Assembly: GCA_964016885.1 (NCBI GenBank)
Contig: CAXHJY010000554.1
Location: 23,742 to 87,741 of the forward strand
DNA: 64,000 nt
Direction: 5' to 3'
DNA from: Eledone cirrhosa
Taxonomy: Eukaryota
Positions within the stretch are counted from its first letter, which is position 1, and every line of letters begins with the position of its first letter. Both the position numbers and the translations under genes were made by a program. This document shows positions 39,871-53,797 of the stretch, piece after piece. Under the pieces are notes generated by a model. The model was not told the DNA's origin. It searched no databases and saw only the letters and a program-made list of their open reading frames with translations.

Positions 39871-41735
39871 AAAATGGCTTGAAAACACTTGTATACTTGT
39901 AATACTGCATCTTGCCTGAATAAAAACAGTATAGGGTATTGTGTATTGCCATACTGTACCAAACAACTAGATTGAATCCTGGCATATTTTGTATGCTTGG
40001 CTTAAAAGATCATTCAGATTTGTTTGATTAACACTATAGGTTAAATAGCTTAACTGAGGCAATACAAAAACAAGCAACATTTGAAATCGTGTTTCCATCA
40101 GTGATACATATCAAGACATACATCATAAAATCCATATTTGTTATATGAATTACTGACATATGTTCATGGTGAAATTAGTTACATTGTTTCACTCTTATCT
40201 TTAGCCAATCTCTTTAGCAACCCTATCTTTTCATACCTGATGGCGTCATGTTCTATTTGATTTACAAGTGTCTTAAGTTTCAATGTCCATAGCTTATAAA
40301 TGCTTTACTTTCTCTTATTTACCATCTGTAATCTTTTCACATTTCTTGAGCGTATCAAAATTCTCTTCACATCAATTCTTTGAAGAAACAAAAATATTTC
40401 TATATTTGTTCTATAACATTTATTACTATATACACTATAATAAAGCTAAAGTAAAATCATTTGAAAAGGAAAGTTAACAATGCTGCAATATAGTATTTAA
40501 AGACATCATTTCTACCATACATTTCAGTCTTTTTTTCTTTTAGAAACCTTTGTTTCATGATACACGGAAGTTCTGTAAATTCTCATTTTTTTTCTTTAAA
40601 ACCAATTAGCTCAGTCTAAGTACTAGAATACCACAATATATTTATTATCATTTCTTATGATGTCTGTAGATTCAACGCCAGCTTTGGTATCAATGTACTG
40701 AAAATTCAGTCAGATTTGTATTCTTTGAGGGTATGTTTGATAGTCTTTTTATGAGGTCAACCCATAATTGAGAAAATTGAAATATGTTTACTCCTGACTG
40801 TATTTCTAATGATATACTATCTATTTCATATAGTTAATGATGAATTTTAAAGGATTTACTAAAATTATTAATGATTTCATAACTAAGATGGTAATTTAAT
40901 GTAAGGTTTTTATATAAAATTATGTTGAAAGATTTTGATTTAAATTGGAAATTTTTTAAATGGGTGGTTATTTCATAAAACCAGAGATGATTTTGGTCAA
41001 GTTGGTAACAAAAGGGTTAAATATTCTGAAGTTTATATCTTGAAGCTTTAACATTTGTTAAAAATCAGGAATTCTGTTTCTTTTTTTATGTGTTCAAGAG
41101 AAGGGAGATAGTAATGGTGAAGGATATATAAAATATTCAATAGATTTGTGTCAAAAGATGTATGGCTTATGAGAAAATGTCAAAATTTTACCCCCAAATT
41201 TAGATTTGATGACTGTTGCTTGACAGATGTGCATATGCTGAATATCTTGTTTTTATGATATTAAAAAGCTATTGAGTTTCTGGCATAATGTCATTCATAA
41301 TAATGGGATGTCATCTGGTATGAGAGTAACTGGATTTTACTGCATTTATTTATACTAATCAACATTGCTCTTTCTATCATTGTTGATGTGAACATATGTT
41401 ATTTACTCTCTGTTGCATTCAGTCTTTTCATACCATACATTACTCTTCAAGCTTAAAGTCTTTTTGTGCACTCCTTTTGTGGATTCTGTTTGCAATGGAA
41501 GGTAAGCAATCAAGTGTCCCCAGTCATTCCATCTTCAATTCAGATAAGGTGAATTTTACCCCTAATACAAATAAATAGAAGATAAAGCCACATTGCTGTA
41601 TAATGAATCTTTACACCAAACCCTGTTGCTCCCATCAAACGTTACTTTAATAAAACATTTGTTTTCTGTTGTTTTTTTCATTATCTGTTCAATAGTTTCA
41701 ATAATATCTTTTTTCTTTCCTTTCTTTTCTTTTAG

Positions 41736-42007
41736 ATTCCCTGATGTACGTAAAAAGCCAGGTCTGTGGCACAAATGGGTCCGTGCTCTTGCCCGTCAGA
41801 ACTGGACTCCTACTCATTACACTTATATCTGCAGTCAACATTTTGAAAAATCTTGCTTCCAAACGATCAAACCAGGGGGGCGGGCATTACTTGAAAGATA
41901 TGCTGTTCCTACAATATTTAATAATGTACCCAAAGCACCCGAAAGTCGTGATTTTAACATTGAAAGTTCAATGATATCTACATCTATGTCTTATGTGCGA
42001 AACTCTT
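41736..42007 (+). CDS. THAP domain second exon (V7b), phase-2 acceptor, phase-1 donor
   Basis: Long polypyrimidine tract ending tttag|A TTC CCT completes R-FPD..KWVRAL..WTP..ICSQHFEKSCF..AVPTIF. Donor CTT|GTGAGT at 42007/42008. Confidence 0.9.
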
Positions 42008-42259
42008 GTGAGTGCCTAATTTTTTCTTTAATTTTCATAAATATGTATATTGTTTCAAGTAGCTTTTAAGCATTTCTTGTGATTCATGTTCAGACATGAA
42101 TTTCTGTTTGCATATTACGCATTATTAACCTGTGAAGAAACATGGATTTTTCACAGTTAGTGATTTATTATAATAATCCTCAATATATATATCGGGAATA
42201 TGTCTGTATATATATATATATATCATTGTTTTTGTGTCTATTGTTCCATGTTTGCATGG

Positions 42260-43420
42260 GTTGTTCAGGTCCTTCTCAGCACAGCATCTCTTCACTCCTG
42301 TTACTTTGTCGTTTCCTCTGTGAGTCTCAGCAATTTCATGTCAGCTCTCACAATCTTTGCTTAGGTCTTTCTTGGTCTACTTCTATTGTGGCTGCCTTCC
42401 ACTGGGAAGTATATATATATATGTCATCATCATCATCATCATCATTGCCACTATTTAATGTCCCTTTTTCCAAGCCAGCATGGGTTAGATGAGCTGTCCC
42501 ATTGTGAGACTTGGCAGGTCAGATAACCATGTCTTGCGCATACAGATTTGATTTGGGCTTGGTATCTATGACAGGATGCCCTTCCTAATACCAACCATAT
42601 TTACAGTGTGTACTGGGTGCTTTTTGCCATGATACCTACACAACCACATTATAGTGTGGACTGGGGAATTGTGTGGGGGGGGTAGATCTAGGGGCATGGG
42701 GCAGAGTGTTACAATGTGGGAGGTGTATGGAGAGGAAGGTAGTGCATACTAGATGTGTACCTCAGACCATGAACATGGGAAAGCAGGTCTTGCTTCATAA
42801 CACCAGAGATCATGGTCCTCTGTCATTACCTTTGAGAGGTGCAATTGTGCAAGGTCAGCTTTTATCACTTCATCCCAAGTCTTCTTAGGCCTTCGTACTC
42901 CATATCTTCCATCAACTTTGAGCGCTCTGCACCTTTTTATACAGTATCATCCTTCATACGTATCAGGTGTCCATACCAATGCAATATCCTTTCCTGCACA
43001 CTGCATCTGATCCCTCTTATGCCCTGTTTCTCTCTCATACAATCTATCCTTCACTTTGAAGGAAAGTAGTAGCTCCCTAAACTTTCTCCAACCCATTCTC
43101 ACTCCGGCTACTGTGCTTTCAGAACATCCCCCTCTGCTGCCAATTTAGTCATCCAGGTAACAAACTATATACTACCTCTACACAGCCCTCTGGGCATTTG
43201 AAAGAGCTAGTATCCTGTGAGCTCTTGTTACTTACTGCACCTGTGCATCAGCCACATGTAAAACCTACGTTGTTTGCTAGCCTGCCTGAGATCCCATTAC
43301 ATCTCTTGTGTATCCATAGTTTGCATTAGTGACATAGGCTGGAATTTCTACTAACTCCTTTTCTACATGCTGAGCAAGGCCATTTCCCTGAGGGTATCTG
43401 GGCTCTGTTTTCCTTTCCAC
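42260..43420 (-). mobile_element. RTE LINE 3' fragments and RTE-tailed non-autonomous repeat
   Basis: Homologous to 27060-27800 and 45040-45860; (cat)n tail. Confidence 0.75.
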
Positions 43421-45039
43421 ATATTACTCTTCTTGAGCCCAATTCTCTGAGACACCTCAGGGATTTGGTATGTTTTTACTAAGAACCAGGATACCTACAT
43501 AGCAGCTTCCTATATTCTAAGCATTGCAAGTAAAATTTGATTGAGAGAATCTGTAGAAGCCTGGTGACAACACACTACCATGGTCGTCTCTGAGTAAAAA
43601 ACAAAAACACACTTTTTTTCTACTCCGTCTTTTTCTTTGCTTTTTTCCTTAAAGCCTCTTGGAATGTGTTTACCACCATTCTTCTGGTAAACAACTATTA
43701 TGCAATATACACCTGATGATGACACCGGGTTCATACGCAGCCTGGCCACTAAAATGCGAAAAGTGTTTGCTGAAATAAATAATTAAGGGAATTCAACCTG
43801 TCTGGCCTCTTGTCATTTTACTTTATAATATATATATATATATATCTTTATATATATGTATACACATACACACACACATACACCCTCCTGACATTCATCC
43901 AACTATTCACTGCACTTTACTGTCTGTATAATAACAGATGGATTTGACCCTGTCTGTATTTTATCTTTCCGTACTACGAACCTTATCACTCTACTTCTAT
44001 CTCTCTTCATGTCTCTGTATCCAATATAATGCTACCAGCTATCACTCCCTCTTCGCCAGGTCACGTGTTTGCCATCTGTTACTCTTGATTACCATCCGTC
44101 TCTTTCTTTCTCACCAGTAAAAATGTTGCTACCGTCACTGTCTCTATTCCATTACCGCTACCACTGCACGTTATCCAACCAGATTCTTCTTTCCTTCAAT
44201 CACTCATCCTGGTCTTTTTATTACTTGCCAATAGCATGACAACTTCTCTAGTTTTAGTGTCATGATGAAATATGCCCAGTGCACTGTTAAGTGATTGCTT
44301 TTGGAAAACCATGCCAAAAATGGAATGTACATATGAAATATATTTATCCTGATCAAGAGGGTTGTAACTTTCTATAAGTTCTGTCTTGGACTGAGGTGAT
44401 TTGTTTAATCCAATCCATCTTAGGAAAATACAACTTAGATAATAGCTAATCGCCATGCAGCAGCTTCTGGTAAATGCATTATTTTGATTCCTTATTTTAG
44501 ATACATAATTGGTGTAAAATGATGATGATGATGATTTCCCTGCTAGCCACGATTTGACTATGGAAAACAAATGTACTTGATGTCTTTTAGCCCTCCTCCA
44601 TTTTCGCATATTATTGTGCTATTCTATCTCATCAATAATCATAATCTATTTAGATTTTGTATTTCTTAAATGCTCTTTTTTTTTTATTCATCCGTAATTG
44701 ATTGGTGAGGGGGTGGTCTCTAATCTTTTATATATATATATATAAAATAATAGTAATATACAAGGGAACAAAGAATCAGTGTTGAGTCATATACATATTT
44801 AATTGCATATTACATATGTTTCACTGTCGATCAGCTCGAGGAACAATCGATTAATGATCGATCCTGACTCTGGAATCGGAAGCTCCTCAGATATGTGTTA
44901 ACATCTAGATTCTCGTCTATATATATAGTGTACAAATCAATCCGTCGGTTTTGACAATAGGTATTTATTTGTTTGAGATACAAACTATCTCCCCATTTAA
45001 TTACTGTATAAGTGGCTGAGTCTTCCACCAAGACATGGA

Positions 45040-45858
45040 ATCATCATCATCACCGTTTTACGTCCGTTCTTCCACACTAGCATGGGTTAGACGGGTTGTC
45101 CTGTTGTGGGCAGTGTCTGGTCGGCTGACCATGCCTTGCTCATACAGGAACTGATTTGGCTTGATTTCTACAGCTGGATGCCCTTCCTAACACCAACCTC
45201 ATTTACAGTGAGTGCTGGGTGCTTTTTCGTGGCGCCTACACGTCCACTTTACAGTGTGGGCTGGGTGCATTTTTGCCGTGGCACCTCCACGACCACCTTA
45301 CGGTGGGGGGTGTGGGGGCATATTGTCTATATGCTTCAGCTTGTACCCATGGGAGGTCGGGTACTCTGTATTACTGCGTGACGCCAGAAGTCACGGTCGT
45401 GTGTCATTGCCTTTGAGAGGTGTAATTGGGTAAGGTCGGCTTTTATCACCTCATCCCAGGTCATCTTGGGTCTCCCCACTCCGCGGTTTCCATCAACTTC
45501 TAGTGCTCTGCACCTTTTTATGCAGCTGTCATCCTTCATACGCATCACATGTCCATACCAGCGCAACTGCCTCTCCTGCACACAGCATTTGATTCCTCTT
45601 ATGCTCAGTCTCTCTCTCAATTCATTTATGCTTTGTCGTTCACGTATATTACTGTTACACATCCATTGGAGCATGCAGGCTTCGTTTCTCTCTAATCTAC
45701 GTAAGTCTTCCACCTTCAGCGCCCAGGTCTCACTACCATGTAACATTGCTGTTCGGATACACGCATCATACAGTCTGCCTTTCATTCTGAGGGAGAAGCC
45801 TTTTGCAGCTAGCAGTGGTAGTAGTTCCCTAAACTTCTTCCATCCCGTTCTTACCCTA
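45040..45858 (-). mobile_element. RTE LINE 3' end with UTR and (GAT)n tail
   Basis: MKGRLYDACIRTAMLHGSETW..RQLRWYGHVMRM..RGVGRPKMTW. Confidence 0.9.
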
Positions 45859-47419
45859 GTTACTTAACTTAAATAGGTTGTTCAACATGACTGTGTGTAT
45901 AACCTGGCTGGACCTTTGAATTACACCAACAAATCCATCTGATGGGCCTCCAAGCTGTTTTTGTCTATCCAAGCCTATGATGAAAGACATTTGCTCATTA
46001 CGCCACTCGTTATTGTGAGTCATGGAAATCAGAATAATTGCAGAAATAAGAGATTTAAAAATGTAAAAAAATGTATCTCTCTTCACTGATGATCAACTTA
46101 ACTTCAAAAGATGTGGGATTCAGCAAGAATGTTGATAATCCTCTGCACAGATCTCCTTTACCTTGTATAAGGTAATCTTCTGAATATATAAAACAGTGTC
46201 CAACACTTGCTATGTTAAATAATAAGGATGAATATATAGATACAGTGTATCCCAAAAAAATGATTACCTGTGTAGGCAATATTTATTAGAACAGTGTATA
46301 CATTTTGGGGGGGGGGGGGGGGGGTACACCCTGCATCAAAGCTGTAGACGCTTGGCCAAAAACTGAAAAGTATATAAGCAAGATGTGCCCCCAAACCCCT
46401 ATCTGGGAAGGTAGTAATTCCAATAAATTGTTAACTTGTCTGTGATGAATTATCGAACCCATGCCAGCATGAAATAAGGAAGGTGATGATCATCATCACC
46501 ATTTCATATTTACTTTCCATGCCGGCAAGTGTTATCAGGTGACTGCGTCACGCTCATACATTTAATTATGGCATGTACTTAATACGCTTTATCATGGCAC
46601 CACCACTACCACTTTACAGAATGAACTGGGTTCATTTTATTGTGGCACCAGCACTACCACTTATTAACACCAGGGTTTTCACAGCATCATCTTCAGCCAG
46701 CCTAGGAAATCAGTGATGAAAGCATGGATATATAAATACAGACACACTCACGCAAATTTTCTTTTGTCTTTTTTTTTCTTTCCTCTTCCACTATGAATAT
46801 ACATTGTATGTGTGTGTGTGTGTATAAAACTAAGGTTCTAGTAAGTAGAAAGGAAACCAGAAGCCTGATTCCCTCTGAGCAATAGCCTTACTCAGTGTGC
46901 AGGAAAGGTGTAGATAGAAATTCTATCCTATGCCCCAAATGCAAATGAAGGGTACACAAGAGATGTAATGGGATCTCAGGCAGGCTAGCTAAGAATGTAG
47001 GCTTTGTATGTGGTCAATGCACAGGTGCAATAAGTAGCTGTCGCTCACAAGAAACAAGCCTCTTTAAATGCCCAGAAGACTCCATAGAAATAGTCGATTG
47101 CTTCTGTTATCTAGAGGACCAAATTAGCAGTGGAGGTGGGTGTTCTGAAAGTATAGGAGCCAGAGTGTTGGTAACTATGGAAAAGGAAGAAATAGGAAAA
47201 CTTGGGATCATGTGATGAAAGCTATCTTTGCCCAGTTAAACCTCACAAAGAAGATGATACAGGATTGAGGCCATCATGCTACACTCCAGAAGACAGTATG
47301 ATATATATACATGTGTTTGTGTGTGTGTATGTATATATATACATATACCTTGATAGCTTTTGGCCAGTATTGGCCCAAGCCATGTCTTACTTCATAGCAC
47401 CACTGGTGAAGTCTTTCAA

Positions 47420-48070
47420 ATCATGATTTGGACACCATGGCCCACTCAAGTAGAGAGTTATTATTCATGGAGACATATCCAGGATTTCTTGGAAGAATTT
47501 GTCCAGAGTTTTTAAATTTTGTGTAATGTAAAGACAGCGGGACCAGCTGAGGTGAAATAATTGTACTGTAATGTTGTTGGCAGATAGCATGAGGCCTGAG
47601 CCTTAGGTGTACTTTAAAGATGATGCCAACATCATTTGGGCAAAGCTGATGGAATATTTTCCACATCACAGTAGTATTGGAGAGAGTGAAGTTTGAGCTT
47701 TTCTAGTTGACCCCGATAGTGAAGGCTTGTCATGCTGTCTGTCTTTTTTGTGATTGACCTTCAAGGTGCTTCAATTTTCATAATACTTTGTTTTGTGCTG
47801 GGAGACCACGGTGTGCAACAGTATTCAAGGTGGGCTTGGAAAAATAGAGAAGAGAAGGATAGTGATGTGGATATCTCTCGACTGGGAAATTCTGAGAATC
47901 CTGGAACACATCCTATTGGCCATGTCAACTTTGCTATTTTTATGAGTGGCCCAGCTGATTTTGTTGGATGCCAGAGGCGTTTCACCTGACTAAAGGGAAT
48001 GAGGGTTTCAGTACATCCTCTTTTCCAAAGTGGATTAATTCAAATTTATCCTCATTCAGCATCATATTGT
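47420..48070 (-). mobile_element. CR1/L2-like LINE RT C-terminal fragment
   Basis: HLEYCCTPWSP motif in ORF 47761-47985(-). Confidence 0.65.
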
Positions 48071-48327
48071 TTTATATATATATATATATATATATATTCA
48101 TGCTGTTAGGTAGTTGGTGTTAGGATACATCATAAAAGCAAAGTTGGGCCACCTAACCTATATATATATATGGTGGTATTTGGAAGGACAGCAATTTAAA
48201 TATAACTTATTTGTTATGTGAGTATTGTTTTTTTATTTAACACCCTAAATTGTATTTGTTTCTATATTTAGTAAAGCCTGGTTAGTTTCTCAATTGACAT
48301 ATTTCTATATATCGTTTAAAATTATTT

Positions 48328-48365
<38 letters not shown>

Positions 48366-48702
48366 ATAGGTAATAAGAACAGAGAAAATATATTTTGCAT
48401 TTCATTTTCTTTCATCAATTTTTATTACTGTTTAGTACACTGAAAATTACTGTCTTTTATGCAAATGTGTGGCTTACGTCTTATTTATTAGTTATCTCCC
48501 TTCTCTTTAGCATTTTTTTTACTTTTAATTTTTAGGCTTATATCCTATATAGACCAATCAGAGACCTTTAAAATATCACATGGTTTGCTATGACAGACAA
48601 GATGGCCTTCTGTGTGGTATACATTTCTTTTTCTCATGATCTAAAAGAAAATTAAACTACCATTGCTCATTTCATCTGTACTGTGCAAATGCAGAAGAAT
48701 TG

Positions 48703-49057
48703 ATGATGGAGAAACATGTTGGTACACAATCCACTATTTATGATATTGTAACTCAATGTCAATGCCCACAGATTTCTTGTTCTTATAGAAATATTGAAGA
48801 TCATGTAAAGTATACATTATTTACTAACTTTCATAATTTGCCTAGTCAGAAGTTACAAAATTTATATTTGAGTAGTTTAATGAAGAAGAAAGCTTGTAAA
48901 TGGCAGTGCTTACATAAGAGAAAAGACCCCAATTTTTCACGTCGAACTTGTACCTGGGAATATTTTTTGAATATTGATGAAAAGAACATTAGAGTTTGTT
49001 CAAAGGCTTTCCGATTTGTCCATGGCATTAATGATAAACGGGTTAGAAAAGCTCAAG
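48703..49057 (+). CDS. Cys/His-rich transposase N-terminal-like domain exon (V8), phase-1 donor
   Basis: CQC-x4-C..FTNFHNL..QNLYLSSLM..WEYFL..RVCSKAFRFVHGINDKRV resembles the N-terminal zinc/HTH region of invertebrate Sola-like DNA transposases (family call from motif recall, not searched). Donor AAG|GTAAGA. An in-frame stop lies upstream at 48637. Confidence 0.7.
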
Positions 49058-49847
49058 GTAAGAATGAATATTTCTGCTATTTGAGTACATTTTATCATTT
49101 TTTTCAACTGGTTGGAAAGTATCTGATAAATGGATTATGAGAATTCTTATTATAATAATAGCCAATGTGTATTTGTCCGTCACTCACTAGAGATGACTGA
49201 GGAAAGTGGTGATGACAAACTACAGAAAGTATTGTCTTACACTTGCTACACTGCGTGTATAGCGAGGTGGCTCCACACATTGGTTGTTATGATTATGTGA
49301 GTGTATATGTGTTTTTGTGTGTTTATTTAGAAAGATACATAGACAATAGAATTACAAACACACACGCATCTACACATATCATCATCATCATCAAACAGAC
49401 ACACTTAGAAAAAATAATTATTACATACACACACATCTATTGATGACTGAGGAAGGAGGGGGGGGGGGCGAAACAATAGAAGTCCAGCATTCTAAGATTC
49501 GTCACACTTGTGTGTGTATTGGCCACACACATTGGCTGTGAGTGAACGCGAAGCAACCAACCAACAAATGCTGCTTTTTTTATATTATGTATATATATTA
49601 CATTTAGCCATCATTTTTGATGGCATGGAGCCAGCTAGCATTTATAGATTTCAGCATTGGACACAAATCTCATTAGTTTGTATTATATTCTCTGATACTA
49701 ATGCCATTGTGTTCATGAACAATCTTTATATATGTAAATGTAAGGTGTGAATGCGTGTGTTCGCATTTTATTAAGAAAATACGAAGTGAACACTCACAAA
49801 ATACTATTTGTCATCTCCCAAGTTTGTAAAACATTTATTTTGAAATA

Positions 49848-50032
49848 CAGTGAAATTCCGTTATAACGAAATTCAATGGGTATAAAATAAAATTCATTGT
49901 AACAAAAAATGCTTTGTAACGAGATCGACTGAAACAAATCGAGCGTTTGTTTGTTATTACCTCGGGGAATAAAAAAGATTTTGATATACTGAAACATTCT
50001 TTATAATGTTCGTTATAACGGAATTTTACCTG
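49848..50032. mobile_element. Tigger/pogo-type MITE with TA TSD
   Basis: TA-cagtgaaattccgttataacgaa..ttcgttataacggaattttacctg-TA. Confidence 0.8.
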
Positions 50033-52721
50033 TATAAAGCAACAGTGGTATTAAATTAATTTTTTTGACCATTTTCACTTACAATTACCTCCCTTCTTCT
50101 GCTCTAGGGAGAGAAGACAAGATACAGAGGTATGCAAGGACATGAGAGAGAGGGGGGAACTTATGTAAATATTGGAAAATAGAGAGATATAGATACATAG
50201 TTGATTGGTGGTGATGATGTTTTGCATTTTTGTCACTCACTTGTATGCCTGTCCTGTGTCAAAATAGTTCTCAGCTATGAAGTGGTTTAAGTTTGTAGTA
50301 AGCTTCATCAACTGCCTTTTGTAGCAGCTAGAAGGAGTATTTATGCTGTTAATGAAACATTTTCTAAAATTGTTCTTCCTGTGCACACTGAATCTCTGAT
50401 GTTTAAATCATCAAATTCCAAATAATGTTTTGGAATAAAAATGTAAAATGAACAAGATTGAATGTGGTCCGTAATTTACGTATTTTGATGCATTTACTTC
50501 TTCATTTCAAGAAATTAATTGAAAGGAAAGTTAGAATTCTACACATTGCTGTTAGTCCTAATTTTGAATATGCTATTTTTGTTGACTTCTACCATCTTAT
50601 TGGAAGTGGCATATTTGGAATTGGAACCAGCATTGCATAGCTTGTACTGATTATGGAAAACAGCACAACTAAGTTAGGAGAAAATTTGGAAAAGTGGGAT
50701 ATGGAACAAGGTGATGAAGACTGGCTTAAAAAAAACTGAACCTCACAAAGGTGATTACAATTATTGGCAACATGCTTTTGCTCATGTCTTTTTTAATTGC
50801 ACACTTAGAGCACATTTGGCTTGAAAAAACAGATTTGATGTAAAGTGAAGAGGACTGTTTAAATTAGTCAGCAGACAACCTCATTGGTGTTGATGCCATA
50901 ATAAAATGCAACCACTAACCTTTGTAAAGTGGTTAGTGACTGAATGGAATCAATGTAGGATAGAGAGGACTCCTACGTTTTGTAAAGGTCATGACAATCT
51001 TTTTAGTTCTGCACCCAGTATATTCTGTTAAATGGTTGGTGTTTAGAAAGGCATCCAGCAATAGAAACTATCCCCCAAAATAGATTCTATGAGGAAGATG
51101 TGGTCCTCCAACCTGTCTAGGAAGACAGTAACTCTGAATAAGAAGTTAGTCTGTAAGAACCAATGACTTTCAAACAAAATGATGATATCTGTGCACATGA
51201 CTAAAACAAACTGAATATCATACTCATTCACACAATCAGTAATATCATAGGCCCCTGGATCATCTGAGAAATCAGTAGCTCCACATGAGTACTGTCTCAG
51301 TTTATGAAAACCCATCCAGCCCTTGCCAGTAGTGTAAACCCATCCAGCCCTTGCTAGTAGTGATGATGGGGATAGCTTCCTAACATATATAGATATATAT
51401 ATATGAGTGTGTATGAGCTGTGGTACACTTGTCTATGGTAGTTAGATGTACTAGTAATCATCATCCTCATCATACGTCCGCTTTTCCCTGCTTGCAAGGG
51501 TGGGACGGGAACTGATTCTGGCTTGATTTCTAAAGCTGGATGCCCTTCCTAACACCAACCTCAAATAGAAATAGTAGCCAAAATTACAGTGTGTAAACGA
51601 GACTGCACTGCACCATGTATAAATATATACACATATCTAATGTGCAGGCATGTAATGTAAACATGCCAGAAAATACAAATTTCTCTGTAAATTGAAAAAA
51701 ATGATAAACTTCTTTCATCGATTTGCAGATCTAATTAGATCTTTATCAGATGTGTATTGTATTTTATATATGTGTGTGTGTTTATCTATGCACTAAAGTG
51801 GTTGCGAAGATAACTTCTTAAGTTGATGTCCATGCCTGCATCTATATATATATATAAATATGTGATGCGGGATCAGATTGTTTGGAGTAGAGAGGTCTTT
51901 TATTCTGCAGTGCATAGGACTGGCTGATAAACTGATTCAACATAGTATAAAGAAGACCCTTTAATCTTGTCAATGGTGTGATAACTGCTCTAATGCTGGT
52001 GCTATGATAAAATGCGCCGAGTGGACTGTGTAAAGAGGTTGGCATTAACAAAGAGCATCCAGCTGTAAATAAAACCTTGCCGCACATACTGTGAGAGGAC
52101 TCTTCAGTTGTGTAAAGAGCATGACAGCCTCTCTAGTGTTGGTACCACAATAAAGTGAATCAATGCATTCTCTAAACCTGTTTCTATGTGCCTTCTGAGT
52201 CCTTGCCACTTCTTTTTTTGCAGCCCTTTTGGCTGCCTTATAATTCTTATGAGCTGTCATACCCCTCAATCTCTGAATCTCTTCCTCTTCTCATTCATCC
52301 TTCTAACTTCATCCCATCATCATGTTTCCAAGTGTCTTGGGGACCTGCTTGTCCATCCACACACATCACCAACAACTCCTAACAAACCATCTTAAAGATC
52401 ATCCCTCTCTGTCTTTTCTTTTAACCTTCTAGCCTTCAGCCGTGGTTGGTATTTCCTCAGTTGGTCTCTCCTCTCACTCTTCATATCATATATATACATA
52501 TTTGATAGGCTTCCACAGTTTCCTTCTACCTAATATTACCCACAAGGCATTAATCAACTTGAAGGTATAGTAGAAGATACCATGCAGTATATTTGAACCC
52601 GAAACCATGTTGCTGCAAATCCATATATACTTATAACTATGTAGCCATACATACATACATGTATGTATCTGGTTGTTTACTGTTTGCTTAAAGGCTTGTG
52701 ACCTCACGGTTCAAAAAATAT

Positions 52722-53075
52722 GTTTACTTGTTCCTGAGAGGATTGTGGGAACAGATCCTGTAAGAAGCAGTCGTCTCCAATTGATCCGGCTGAATCAAAG
52801 CGAGACTAACCGAGCTCACGGATGTTATCCAACCATCTAGCTCGGGAACTACCACTGGGTCTCCTGCCAATTGGTTTTGCTTGTAAAATCTGTCCAGCGA
52901 TTCTTTCCCATGGCATTCTAACCACATGTCCGTGATATCTCAATTGAGAGAAATAGCATCTCTACCTGAAGCGACTCTGATTCAGAACTATGTACTTTAC
53001 CGAGTAACGATTTTGTCCGCTTGTATTTGCGATCGTTAATCATTACCGAAGACTCATGACCATAGATAAGAGTTT
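52722..53075 (-). mobile_element. RTE LINE 3' fragment
   Basis: Reverse complement of the family at 4938-5492 (IQPDQLET.AS). Confidence 0.7.
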
Positions 53076-53797
53076 GTACAAATAAAAGTCAGTAAAATAA
53101 AATATGATCGGCTAAACCCTTCAAAGTGGTGTCCCAGCTTTGGCCTTTGTTCAATAAATCAAACTAGTAAATGCATCTGTATCTCGTGATTTTGGAGTGG
53201 GTGTCCAGTGCACTATATAAAGTGAGAGTTTTTTTACTATAGTTTTCAATGAGCAAAATCTTTTATTGGTGTATTGGGTTTTTCCCCTCGTGTCAAATTG
53301 TTTAAACTTTTTCGATAGTGTAAATTACTGTACTAAATACACACACATATATAATGAAGCTCTACAAATTATAGTATTTGAGCTATTTCAGGTGTAATGT
53401 AACTGAAAATAATTTTATTTTAGGCTATTCTTATATATATATATATGTATATGATTCTTTAAGACGGGTGGTTATAAATCCTATATTGCACCATACAATT
53501 TTACACTTATACTTCCTCTTACTTCATCAGCCAAAAATATTTTTGAAATACTTTCAAATCCTTCGAGCAACGACAGATTCGTAAAACCTACTCATATAGT
53601 GCTGTAAATCATTCGGTAGTAACTCTAATTGGTCAAAAACAGTTCGATATATAACATTAAACGTGATACGCAGAGCGGCTTCTGATACTTGATAAAAAAG
53701 AAATTACTTCTAACATCAATAAATCGAAAGTTTGCTCCTCAAGACAAAAGTGGTTACACATGCTGTAGACGAAGGCACAAACAAATAATAAATTATA

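Noticed and set aside
11645-42007. THAP exons as autonomous P elements
   Set aside because: No catalytic domain, TIRs or 8-bp TSDs seen around them; each is cut by a splice donor.
50653-50739. Short ORF MENSTTKLGENLEKWDMEQ-G with possible phase-1 GT
   Set aside because: No recognisable domain and a weak donor (GTGATG); cannot be supported as a variable or constant exon.
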